From Ginglymostoma cirratum (lineage: Eukaryota): a DNA stretch of 64,000 bases. The position numbers were made by a program, and so were the translations under genes. The stretch is from the NCBI GenBank assembly GCA_024137785.1, contig JAHRHZ010000022.1:23699434-23763433 (forward strand). Reading direction: 5' to 3'. The notes beneath the pieces were generated by a model. That model was not told where the DNA came from and did not search any database. It was given only the letters and a program-made list of their open reading frames with translations. Below are positions 1 to 10,329 of this stretch, in pieces; position 1 is the stretch's first letter, and each line of letters starts with the position of its first letter.

Positions 1-479
1 CCTGACCAACATTCCACCCTTAATTAATGGCAACGATTGTTTCCTAGTCTGTGTAAAAATGGGAGTTGAACTAGATATCACTTGCACATTGGCTGCAGTG
101 TGTAAAATAGCCACTTCTTTTGCTCATAAGCCTGTAATTATTATTTCAATATATATGCACTATCTTAAACATGTTTCAAAATCATTTGTTGTGTGCAATA
201 CATTTAGACATTTCAGAGATGCAAGCAAAATGCTCAGTCATTCCGTTTCCTGTAAAAATGTAATTATATTTACTGTTGAAGGAAGAGTGAGATAAATACT
301 TGAAAAAATTTGCAGATCTCTGTGGAAAGGAGAGAGGAATGGAATCAACTAGACAACTGCTTCTGGGAACTAGTGCATATACAGTAGGCTGAATGGTCTC
401 CTTCCATATTGTATGTACTATGTTTCTGTTCTGCATGAACTTGACAAAATCTCTTTTCGATAACTATTTTCTGCACATC

Positions 480-600
480 CCACCACACACACATATACAC
501 ATGCCACTAAAAAGCATACTCGTGTACATGCATGCACATATCCATGTACACAATCACATGTGCACGTGCCCCCAACATACGTGTACACACAAACACAATG
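480..600. repeat. CA/TG-rich low-complexity tract
   Basis: Degenerate (CA)n / CACATG units. Confidence 0.7.
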
Positions 601-1164
601 AGTTTGTACTTGAAGTCCAGCAGCAGGGGTTTAGAAGTGGCCCCAGTGACTATTAAAACAGTTCTCTAAAAGTCATCAATCTGAAAGCTAATATTGCCTT
701 ATATCCCAGCCTCTATTTGCCACAATTGGCAATGAAAACCATGATAATTATCAGAAGACAATCAGTAAAGTGTCCCTGACTTCCAGCTTGACATTGTAAA
801 TCACCTTTTTCTTGGTACTGAAAAGTTAGGTTCCACTGTTTAATGTGACAAAGACCTTTGCCTATAGGGAGCACGTTGCCTGGTCAGCTTGTTAACTGTC
901 TAGTCACAGGTTAAAGCTACCATAGATTTACAAAGAGAAGCTCATGACCTATTCTAGAACCTGCTCCATTGTGTCCTCCAGTACCTGACCTTCACCTGTA
1001 TGGACCATACTTAATTCATAAGGGGTTCAATCTTGGCTGGCCTGGGTGGCAAATTTGGTCTGCCTGTTTCAGTCCTTACTTGTCATAGGTACCCAGGTAC
1101 TCTCCTGAGTGAGCAATCAGAACAAGAAGCCTATTGATGTTTGTGCCCTTGAGCTCAGAATTAC

Positions 1165-1690
1165 AGAGAAAGAACTGACGTTATTTTCACAACCTCTGGA
1201 ATTTGTAAAATGCTTCATGGCCAATAGAGTGCTATTGTGTACCCTGTGTTGTAATATCAGAAACAAGTAGTCAATTTGCGCAGAGCAAGGTCCCATAAAT
1301 GACAACAAAATAGTTTTCCAGATAATCAGCTTTTTAGTGATGATGTTTGTGTTTTTACATTAGATGCGATGCTATGCTGTCCTTTGAAATATTGCCTTGG
1401 GATCTTTTAATGTTTACTTGAGAGGGGAGGTGGAACGTCAGTTTAAAGTATCATATGCAAATCAGCAACGCCCAGGCACTCCCTCAGGACTAGGTGAATG
1501 ATGATGACGGGTCTAGGCCCGAAACGTCAAGTTTTCCTGCTCCTATGATGCTGCTTGACCTGCTGTGTTCATCCAGCCCCACGCTTGTTATCTCGGATTC
1601 TCCTGCATCTGCAGTACCTTTTATCTCCCTCAGGACTGCACTGTATGCTCAGGTTTCTGGAATGTGACTGGAATTCACAACATTGACTCG
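1165..1690 (-). mobile_element. Deu-domain SINE (SacSINE1/AmnSINE1-like), degenerate, split by a Penelope-derived insertion
   Basis: Reverse-complement Deu-domain motifs caatttgcgcagagcaaggtcccataaa, cagataatcagctttttagtgatg and gcactccctcaggactgcactg. Confidence 0.65.
1492..1627 (+). mobile_element. Penelope-like 3' end (family A), 5'-truncated at the hammerhead core
   Basis: Near-identical to 3862-3955 plus the 33-nt tail; ctccctcaggact duplicated at 1479-1491 and 1625-1637. Confidence 0.85.
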
Positions 1691-1959
1691 TGGACAACTG
1701 ACAATAATGACAATTGCAGTTGCTGTGCCTTGTTGTATGACTTTATGACTGGGATCAATGTGCTTAGTATGATCCTTCCTGATCAGTGAGTCTGAGTCTC
1801 ACACAGGGATGTGCATTCACCCCATGAGCCACCAGTTTTTAAGCCTGTTTTCTCACACATTCCGTCTATAATTTATCCATTAATAGATTGCCTTCCAGAT
1901 GAAGAGGAGAAAGCCCATGTGAGATGCTGTACTTAGACTTCCAAATGAGCCTTCCTCCC

Positions 1960-2085
1960 GAAAGACTGTGACTGAGAGCAGTGATTATACTTCAGAAGAA
2001 AATATTCCATTGGCTGCAAATGCTTTGGGACATTCTGAGATTGTGACAGAAGCTGGATAAGTGGAAGTCCGTTCTTTCTTTTCAG
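1960..2085 (+). mobile_element. Deu-SINE/L2-type 3' tail fragment
   Basis: cattggctgcaaatgctttgggacattctgagattgtgacagaag...ttctttc. Confidence 0.55.
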
Positions 2086-2357
2086 TCACCCAGAGAAAAG
2101 GGCAATGCCACAATGTGGCAGCAATGTAAGCAAGGTCCACAATACTATCCTTGGAATCAAAAGGATTTACTTATGGCAGATTTACCTTTGCCAGTGAAGC
2201 AGATTTCTCAGGGACACTGCCTAAGAAAAATGTTCTCCAACAAATGAGACAAGTATACCTAAGAGATAAAAGGTACTGCAGATGCTGGAGAATCTGAGAT
2301 AACAAGCATGGGGCTGGATGAACACAGCAGGTCAAGCAGCATCATAGGAGCAGGAAA

Positions 2358-2393
2358 ACTTGACGTTTCGGGCCTAAACCCTTCATCAGAAAT
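2358..2393 (-). ncRNA. Minimal type I hammerhead ribozyme
   Basis: Reverse complement reads AUUU-CUGAUGA-A-GGGU(UUAG)GCCC-GAAA-CGUC-AAGU. Confidence 0.75.
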
Positions 2394-2647
2394 GGGGGAG
2401 GGGAAGAGGGTTCTGAAATAAATAGGGAGAGAGGGGGGGAGGCGGATAGAGGNNNNNNNNNNNNNNNNNNNNNNNNNNNNNNNNNNNNNNNNNNNNNNNN
2501 NNNNNNNNNNNNNNNNNNNNNNNNNNNNNNNNNNNNNNNNNNNNNNNNNNNNGAGATAAAAGGTACTGCAGATGCTGGAGAATCCGAAATAACAAGCATG
2601 GGGCTGGATGAACACAGCAGGTCAAGCAGCATCATAGGAGCAGGAAA

Positions 2648-2683
2648 ACTTGACGTTTCGGGCCTAAACCCTTCATCAGAAAT
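2648..2683 (-). ncRNA. Minimal type I hammerhead ribozyme
   Basis: Identical motif to 2358-2393. Confidence 0.7.
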
Positions 2684-3285
2684 GGGGGAGGGGAAGAGGG
2701 TTCTGAAATAAATAGGGAGAGAGGGGGAGGTGGATAGAGGATGGATAGAGGAGAGGATAGGTGGAGAGGAGGCAGACAAGTCAAAGAGGCGGGGATGGAG
2801 CCAGTAAAGGTGAGTGTAGGTAGGGGGGTAGGGAGGAGATAGGTCAGTCCAGGGAGGACGGACAGGTCAATGGGGCGGGATGANNNNNNNNNNNNNNNNN
2901 NNNNNNNNNNNNNNNNNNNNNNNNNNNNNNNNNNNNNNNNNNNNNNNNNNNNNNNNNNNNNNNNNNNNNNNNNNNNNNNNNNNNNNNNNNNNNNNNNNNN
3001 NNNNNNNNNNNNNNNNNNNNNNNNNNNNNNNNNNNNNNNNNNNNNNNNNNNNNNNNNNNNNNNNNNNNNNNNNNNNNNNNNNNNNNNNNNNNNNNNNNNN
3101 NNNNNNNNNNNNNNNNNNNNNNNNNNNNNNNNNNNNNNNNNNNNNNNNNNNNNNNNNNNNNNNNNNNNNNNNNNNNNNNNNNNNNNNNNNNNNNNNNNNN
3201 NNNNNNNNNNNNNNNNNNNNNNNNNNNNNNNNNNNNNNNNNNNNNNNNNNNNNNNNNNNNNNNNNNNNNNNNNNNNNNNNNNNGT

Positions 3286-3606
3286 TGTGGCTTCCTCTAC
3301 ATCGGGGAAACCAAGCGGAGGCTTGGGGACCGCTTTGCAGAACACCTGCGCTCAGTTCGCAACAAACAACTGCACCTCCCAGTTGCGAACCATTTCAACT
3401 CCCCCTCCCATTCCTCAGATGACATGTCCATCCTTGGCCTCCTACAATGCCACAGTGATGCCACCCGAAGGCTGCAGGAACAGCAAATCATATTCAGCCT
3501 GGGAACCCTGCAGCCCAATGGCATCAATGCGGATTTCACAAACTTCAAAATCTCCCCTCCCCCAACCGCATCCCAAAACCAGCCCAGCTCATCTCCACCT
3601 CCCTAA
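3286..3606 (+). CDS. C-terminal GIY-YIG endonuclease domain of a Penelope-like element (5' part lost in N gap)
   Basis: Open frame CGFLYIGETKRRLGDRFAEH...ANHFN...LQEQQIIFSLGTLQPNGIN...; YIGET, Arg, Glu and Asn motifs plus His ligands of the PLE CCHH motif. Confidence 0.85.
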   Translation, partial: CGFLYIGETKRRLGDRFAEHLRSVRNKQLHLPVANHFNSPSHSSDDMSILGLLQCHSDATRRLQEQQIIFSLGTLQPNGINADFTNFKISPPPTASQNQPSSSPPP

Positions 3607-3857
3607 CCTGTTTCTCCTCTCACCTCAAGCCACACCCCCATCTCCTATCTACTAACATCATCCCGCCCCCTTGACCTGTCCGTCCTCCCTGGACTGACCT
3701 ATTTCCTCCCTACCCCCCTACCTACACTCACCTTTACTGGCTCCATCCCCGCCTCTTCGACTTGTCTGCCTCCTCTCCACCTATCCTCTCCTCTATCCAT
3801 CCTCTATCCACCTCCCCTTCTCTCCCTATTTATTTCAGAACCCTCTTCCCCTCCCCC

Positions 3858-3893
3858 ATTTCTGATGAAGGGTTTAGGCCCGAAACGTCAAGT
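3858..3893 (+). ncRNA. Minimal type I hammerhead ribozyme
   Basis: CTGATGA 3862-3868, stem II GGGT/GCCC 3870-3881, GAAA 3882-3885, GTC with predicted cleavage after 3889, stem I ATTT/AAGT. Confidence 0.8.
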
Positions 3894-4182
3894 TTTCCTG
3901 CTCCTGTGATGCTGCTTGACCTGCTGTGTTCATCCAGCCCCATGCTTGTTATCTCAGACAAGTATACCTATCTGCTTTTTCAGAAAGCAGTGTGCATGTT
4001 TATGGGTGTCTGTGTGTATATGACAGATGCATGTTTGTGTATGATGCATATGTGTGTATGTCCACATGTGTGAATGCACAAGATTGTGTATGTGAGTGTG
4101 CAAATGTGTACACATTTGTATGCGAGTGTTTTTGTGTGCATATGAGTGTATTTGCACATGTGCATGTTTGTATTCATATGCA

Positions 4183-4363
4183 GAGCTCGCAGGAACTGCA
4201 GATGCTGGAGAATCTGAGATAACAAGGTATAGAGCTGGATGAACACAGCAGGCCAAGCAGCACCAGAGGAGCAGGAAGGCTGACGTTTCAGACCTGGACA
4301 TTCTGAAGAAGGGTCTAGGCCCGAAACGTCAGCCTTCTTGCTCCTCTGATGCTGCTTGGCCTC
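4183..4363. mobile_element. Mini fold-back Penelope-derived element (family A variant)
   Basis: Minus arm about 4183-4298, plus arm about 4301-4362; perfect 15-bp TSD ttgtattcatatgca at 4168-4182 and 4364-4378. Confidence 0.85.
4303..4330 (+). ncRNA. Hammerhead ribozyme core
   Basis: CTGAAGA-A-GGGT(CTAG)GCCC-GAAA-CGTC; stem I weak. Confidence 0.6.
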
Positions 4364-5254
4364 TTGTATTCATATGCATGTCTGTTTATGTATGTGTGCA
4401 CACGTGTGCGTGTATGTGTGTGTGCTTGCATTTGGCTGCATGTATGTCTATATGTTGGCACGTATGCATGTACATTTTGTGAATTCTTGCACATTTATGT
4501 CTGCGTATATAAGTGAGCATATTTTTCTATTTGTGTACAATTCATATGAATGAACACATGCTTGTATGTGTATATGTGTGGATGTATGCATGAACACTTG
4601 GGTGGGTATGTGTCCACATATGTGCATGTTCATTTGAGTGTGAGCATGCATGTGTGTGTATAACTGTTTGTGAGTGTGAATGCCTGTGTGTGTGAATGCC
4701 TGTGTCTGTAAGAGTTAGTATATACATAGAGGGGATATAGAGCTGGGAATTTCAGACACACAGAAGAACACAGCTGATAAAACAACCACATTAAATGGAA
4801 ACAATAACAGTTTCATTTGATGCCACTGTGATTTGGGACAGATTTCAAGTAATTTGTATAGATAAGCTGCCATTATCAACACAGCTATAAATAACGGTGA
4901 CTACAGAATCCAGGGTCAGAAAATCCCAAAATCAGCTAGAACTGGATTGTAATGATATCCGGTTTCTGATGTCGACCTGCTTGTCCTTATTACCAGCAGG
5001 AATGGTGCCAATGAGAAGATTAGACGTGCTGGCCCTCCTACTCTCACATTAACCCAGAGGCCAGTGCTTCTGTCTACTGCCACTATCTTTCATTACTTTG
5101 ACTTTATCCTCAAATTACCATCCCAGTTGCAGTGAAGCAGCTACTTCTTGCTGACTTGCCATTCTACTTGTCCCAGCAGCACTCCTGTACCTCAAGGTCT
5201 AACCTGGAAGGTGAGTGTTATAGCCCTCACAATAAGCAAAGAAACTTTCTTTCA

Positions 5255-5415
5255 GTTCAACATCTGCGATCCTCACCTGGTGTGGCCTACATGTGACTCC
5301 AAACACACAGCAATGCAGTCGACACTTAACTGCTCTCAGAAATTGCCCAGCTAGCAAGAGAGAGGGCAAGAAATGGTGGCCTTGCCTGTGATACCCACAT
5401 CTCATAAAATCCTAA
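5255..5415 (+). mobile_element. 3' half of a tRNA-derived SINE (same family as 6538-7065)
   Basis: atctgcgatcctcacctggtgtggcctacatgtgactcc...ggccttgcctgtgatacccacatc. Confidence 0.6.
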
Positions 5416-5659
5416 AGAATGTAATTTCATTAGCTGTGTGGCAAAGTTCTATGTAAATCCATGGAATGTAACACCTGGAAAGTGTCATGGAAATCTCAAA
5501 CAGAAAGATTTAAAAAGAAGAGATGAGAGGCTGACTCTCCTCTTCATCTCCCCTCACAAGCAGCAGAAAGCTATCTCCTGGGCATTATTTTCCAAACAGC
5601 AGGCATCTTTGTATTTTACCCTTCCAGGAACAAACCAAAGCAGGCTCAAAAGTCTTCCA

Positions 5660-6345
5660 CAAAGGATTCTGAAGGGGCTTGACAGGGTAAATATTAAGAG
5701 GATGTTTCCCCTCATGGGAAAGTATAGGACCAGAGGCATAGATCTGGAGTGGCACGGTGGCTCGGTGGTTAGCACTGCCCCCTCACAGTGCCAGGGACCC
5801 AGGTTTGATCCCACCCTTGGGTGACTGTCTGTGTGGAGTTTGCACACTCTCCCCATGTCTGTGTGGGTTTCCTCCAGGTACTCCGGTTTCCTCCCACAGT
5901 CCAAAAATGTGCAAGTTAGGTGGATTGGCCATGCTAAATTGCCTGTAGTGTTCAGGGATGTGTATTTTAGGGGGATGGGTCTGGGTGGGATGCTCCAAAG
6001 GTCAGTGTGGACTTGTTGGGCCAAAGGGCCTGTTTCCACACTGCAGGGATTCGATGGATTTAGAATAAAGGGGAGCCAATTTAAGACTGAGACAAGGAGG
6101 AATTTCTTGTCTCAGAGGGATGCGAACCTTTACAATTTCTTGCTGCGAGAGCTGTTGGGGCAGTGTCCTTGTGTATATTTAAGGCTGATATGGATAGATA
6201 GACTCTTGATCAGTAGGGGAATCAAGGGTTATGAGGAAAAGGATGTGAGGATTGTTGGATCAGCTATGATACTTTTGAATGGTAGAGTAGGCACAGGGGG
6301 CTGAATGGCCTACTAATGTTCCTGTTTCTTAATATCTTATGGTCT
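5660..6345 (+). mobile_element. CR1-type LINE 3' fragment interrupted by HE1 SINE
   Basis: Encodes ILKGLDRVNIKRMFPLMG and RIKGSQFKTETRRNFLSQR; CR1 3' UTR gggctgaatggcctact...tcttatg. Confidence 0.85.
5749..6052 (+). mobile_element. HE1-type V-SINE (tRNA-derived)
   Basis: Pol III A box tggctcggtgg 5758-5768, B box ggtttgatccc 5802-5812, V-domain tgtgtggagtttgcac...ggtttcctccaggtactccggtttcctcccacagtccaaa, CR1-like tail. Confidence 0.9.
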
Positions 6346-6537
6346 GGACTTGTCATTTTCAGAATTTTGTTCAACCTGCATATATTCTTTGCTATCCATG
6401 GTATATTTGTTATACTGCTTGTCTTATGTCTGCCTGAATTGTGATTGAGTGTGCATGTGTTTAGCGCTTGAAGGGGTTTAGTTCAAACTGAATAAATTAG
6501 GAATCATTTTTTGCTTTACATGTTAAACTTGAACAAG

Positions 6538-7065
6538 AGGCAATGGTCTCGTGGTATTATTGCTGGACAGTTAATCCAAAGACCCAGGTAATGTTCTGGG
6601 GACAAAAACAGAAGTTGCTGGAAAAGCTCAGCACTTCTGAGGAAGGGTCACCTGATCCGCAATGTTAACTCTGATTTTTCTTTCACAGATGCCGCCAGAC
6701 CTGCTGAGCTTTTCCAGCAACTTCTGTTTTTGTTCCTGAATTACAGCTTCCACAGTTCTTTTGGTTTTTATTAATGTTCTCGGGACCTGGTTTCAAATCC
6801 TGGCACGGCAGATGGTGGAATTTGGATTCAACAAAAATCCGGAATTAAGGTTCTAATGGTGACTATGAAATACTTACTGGGGAATAGCCCAGCTGCTTTA
6901 TTAATGTTCTTTAGGGAAGGAAATCTGCCATCCTTACTTGTTCTGGCCTTTATGTGACTCCTGAGCACAATAATATGGTTTACTCTTAACTGTTCTTGGG
7001 CAATTAGGGGTGGGCAATAAATGCTGCCAAGCCAGGAACACCTTCATCCTGCGAATGAATAACAA
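6538..7065 (+). mobile_element. tRNA-derived SINE with LINE-derived tail, split by a Penelope insertion
   Basis: A-box-like tggtctcgtgg, B-box-like ggtttcaaatcc, core ggaaggaaatctgccatccttac, tail gggcaattaggggtgggcaataaatgctg...gaatgaataa. Confidence 0.75.
6604..6771. mobile_element. Mini fold-back Penelope-derived element (family B)
   Basis: 32-bp perfect inverted repeat 6602-6633 / 6702-6733; degenerate hammerhead CTGAGGA-A-GGGTCA(CC)TGATCC-GCAA; 15-bp TSD taatgttct(g/c)gggac at 6589-6603 and 6772-6786. Confidence 0.8.
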
Positions 7066-7100
7066 CAAATAAGTTAGTTTTAGAATTCGTGAATTGTTTT

Positions 7101-7684
7101 TGTCACGAACTGTAGACTGTCAGGCAAATTGGTCAGTTTCACGGTTTCATTGGGAATTTTTGTGATGAGTTGTGGAACAACTCCCTCTTTTAAGTGCAGT
7201 CACGACATACCCGACACCCCTGCACTGCAGGTAAAAGAAAAACTACTTATAGCTATGAGTCTTAGAAGACAAGTAAGCCGATAAGTTGTTGTTGAGAAGG
7301 AAACAAGACAAAAGACTGTCAGCTAACTGCAGAGCCAAAAGTCTTGAAATCACCTGCTTCACTATCACAATCATTTTACCTAACATCTTTTCACTCAATT
7401 CGCACTTTTAATCTGTGTGAACGTGGGTCATGTTTTATCATCTTTTCCCACATTTAGCAACTGCTAAATTTACACTTCCTTTAGCTCAAGAAAGCCTTGT
7501 TAATGTGGCTCCTTTGGAAACATAAATACATTTTGATCAGGAAAATGGATCCATGAGGGAAGGTATCCCTTTGTTTAAATTAACCTTGTTACAACCAACC
7601 GAGAGAGGGGTTGAATTAAGAAGGGGAGTGAGTTCATCCATCCCCCCTCAGGAGTATAACCATTTGGGGTATATTGTCTGGAAT
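7101..7684 (+). mobile_element. Putative LTR followed by a degenerate tRNA-Pro-like primer binding site
   Basis: Begins tgtcacga, ends tataacca, followed by tttggggtatattgtctggaat (compare TGGGGGCTCGTCCGGGAT). Confidence 0.35.
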
Positions 7685-8249
7685 CATCATGAATTGAGTG
7701 AAGCTGCATCTATTGGCATGTCTAACCTTTAATTATTATGAGGCAAGATTTCCATCTCTCACTAGGAACGCAACTGGCCTCATATTGTTGGCAGCCAATC
7801 AGAGGTTAGTAATACTGTAATACTGGCAGTGCCACCAGCAGTGGTGGTCGCCATTGGTACTGCATCTGGACAAAGGAGGTAAAAAGGTAAAAACACCATA
7901 GTCTTATTAGACGATAGGGTTAGAGAGAGACTGATGGTGGGGAGGCATTCAGTGATGGCCTCAGACCTCCCATGACGTCTGGAAAGCCTCAGCAAAGGAG
8001 GTAGGCATGTTGGACCAGTTAGGAGATTGATGTGGAGGCACAAAACGAAGACGAGCCTCCAACTGGCACCGGAAGGAGGCACCCACTAGATTTCACAGGG
8101 TGGTATCCCCCAGGGTCAAACCTGCCAGGCTGCATGTTGGATACAGGCCTCTTCTGCTGCCTGTGTGACTGAGCAATAGCAGATTGTGGGCCATAAGCGG
8201 GCTATAATTGTCCATTTGAACACAAATCAGAATGATGTATTTGCCCACA

Positions 8250-8455
8250 GAATAATCCAATTTAGAATGCATTGCCTGAAAGGTGTGTGGAAGCAAAACT
8301 ATCACAAATAATGGAAGGGAAATTGGATTAAAAAAGTGAAATTGAATCATTCATAGGATTCTGGGAAAACAGAGGGAGAAATGGAACTAATTGAACAACT
8401 TCTTTCAAGAAGCTGGCATATCCAGGATGAGTGGATAGTCTCCTTCTCTGTGGTA
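8250..8455 (+). mobile_element. Old CR1 3' tail
   Basis: gaatgcattgcctgaaaggtgtgtggaagca...gagctggcatatccaggatgagtggatagtctccttctctg. Confidence 0.55.
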
Positions 8456-10329
8456 AATCTATCTCTGGACAATTTTGGTCTTAGGAGAGACTAAGACAGA
8501 GTTGAGAAAGTGCAGTGCTGGTTTCAATACAGGGAAGGCACTGAAAAGAACAGGAGCCTCCTGAGGCAGCATTCAGAGCAGCACTCACAGTGTTGGTGAT
8601 GAAATGGAGAAAAAAATCAGAACATCAGCCACAGATGGAGTGTTTGCAGGTTAAAAGAGTTGAGAGGATGATTGCTTGTCAGATGATGAGCTTTGCCTGT
8701 CCAGAAATGCGATTTGCCAAACAGTGTGTAATGTTTTAAAGATTTCCCATTCCATCGAGATCATTTTATACACATGGTTACTGAGAACCTGCCAGCGAAC
8801 CTGATACCTGACATAACCTTTATGTAATTGCTGAGACTTCAACCCTGCACAGTCTACCAGGATTCCCGTTGTGAATTCAGAATCCAAGAAGTTGAGTTGA
8901 AAGGAAATGTCCATAACACCCTGTTTACTCACAGAAATGGGAAGTCAGGCTCGGGGCAAGACAAATTTGAAAAAAATTATCTCCTGTTTTTAACTATAAG
9001 TAAGATAATTTTTTTAAAAATCAGTTTCAAGGGGCCTTGTAGCTGATTTTCAATTTACTGTTCAATCTCATTTTCCCCAGAGTAAGTTCATTCCTTTAGT
9101 CATAATGGGTCAGATATGTGGGATTCCTCCCTAAAAGCTCTTTGAAGCCCCCCAACCCCGCCCAAGCACCTCTGAAGAACGCCAAAACACAACGCCTCGT
9201 TTGCCCTCGTTACTTCTTACACTGAGACACGGTTCCAGAAGAGCAGATTCCATCTTTAAGTCTTAGCAAGCCGTTTAGTCAGGGGGATATTGTATTTGAA
9301 CCTGATGGTGTACACACACACATGCAGATGAATTCCAGGAAGGGCTAACGGCTGGGAACAGGAAACCTCCCTGATTTTGCCTGTTGAAGACTACGGGCTG
9401 CTTGCACATTCCTATAATTATCTGAATGAGAGTAGCGAAGACTTTGCTGATTAAGGTCAAACAGTAGGGGAAAGGGATGAGGAAGGGGAGGACTGTGTGG
9501 TGGTGTTGTTTAGTGTAGCTCCCTACTGGGCACTACATTTAGTTGCTAACCAGCATGGCAATGATAAAGGAGAGTGGAAACTAAAAAAAAAACCTTCAGA
9601 GGAACGTTTACTCAGGTCAGAAGGAAATATCATCTTCTCGGCTTAAGTATGACAACTTTAAGCATTCGGAGATCGTTCTGTGTTGAAAGCAGTGTGACAC
9701 GCTTGTGTTACGGCCAATTAAATACACTGTAAATATTTAAAGGCAAGTCATCGTTGGACAGTTGCTGTAGTCATGGGCCTTCTGTAACAGATTTAGCGTG
9801 ATCAAGTTCTGTTCCTATATTCTGCCACAGAGCTTTCTTTTCTCCAACTGTTTTTCACTCTCCCAACCCATTAATTCTAATTTTTCTCAGCATCAGCCTG
9901 GATGGTAAGCATGTGACAGGGTGGTGCACAGTCTGTATGAAGCTTAGACCCAGCATCACTTGCATGTAATCAAAGGCACCACTAACTCTGGCCTCCAGCT
10001 TCCCCTGTTCCATTAGGAGACAGCGAACAAAAGAAACTTTTCAGTACCTTATCACATCTTTCAGAAGCACAACAATGTCGTTTTATAAACATAAGCTGTT
10101 TTGCACGCAATAAGATGGATAGCAGGTTAATCCACCTCTGAAGATACCAGTTAAGGATCGAATATTGACCAGAACAATATGACAAACACTCTAGCCTTTG
10201 ATGAAACAACGCCCAGACGTTTTTAGCATTCACCTGCAGAAGACCGACACTCTTTGATAAACAATAAATTATGGGCTTGCCAAAACTGTCGACACCCTCA
10301 GAACAAGTAGAACAGGTTGTCTGGGACTC

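Larger units (their letters stand above)
2262..3955. mobile_element. Fold-back Penelope-like retroelement (inverted arms) with GIY-YIG remnant
   Basis: Minus-strand 3' arms at 2263-2452 and 2553-2883, plus-strand arm at 3284-3955; perfect 15-bp TSD agacaagtataccta at 2247-2261 and 3956-3970; N gaps at 2453-2552 and 2884-3283. Confidence 0.9.
3990..4730. repeat. Degenerate (TG)n/(TGCA)n low-complexity tract
   Basis: Runs of tgtgtgtatgtgtgca. Confidence 0.8.

Noticed and set aside
2263-2760. Apparent tandem duplication of the Penelope left arm, which would give a tandem hammerhead dimer
   Set aside because: The copies are separated by exactly 100 Ns, a placeholder gap, so this may be an assembly duplication; the few base differences do not settle it.
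2632-3655. Long ORFs of 180-261 aa here and at 29643-30523
   Set aside because: Artefacts of translating through N runs.
3926-4727. His/Thr/Cys/Val-rich ORFs here and at 393-656 and 17217-17713
   Set aside because: Translations of CA/TG low-complexity DNA.
5749-5825. tRNA-like A/B boxes here and at 45110-45190
   Set aside because: SINE heads continuing into SINE bodies; no complete cloverleaf.
8933-8983. 51-nt minus-strand segment with a strong gtgagt donor
   Set aside because: Acceptor lacks a pyrimidine tract, two of three frames contain stops, and the peptide is unrecognisable.
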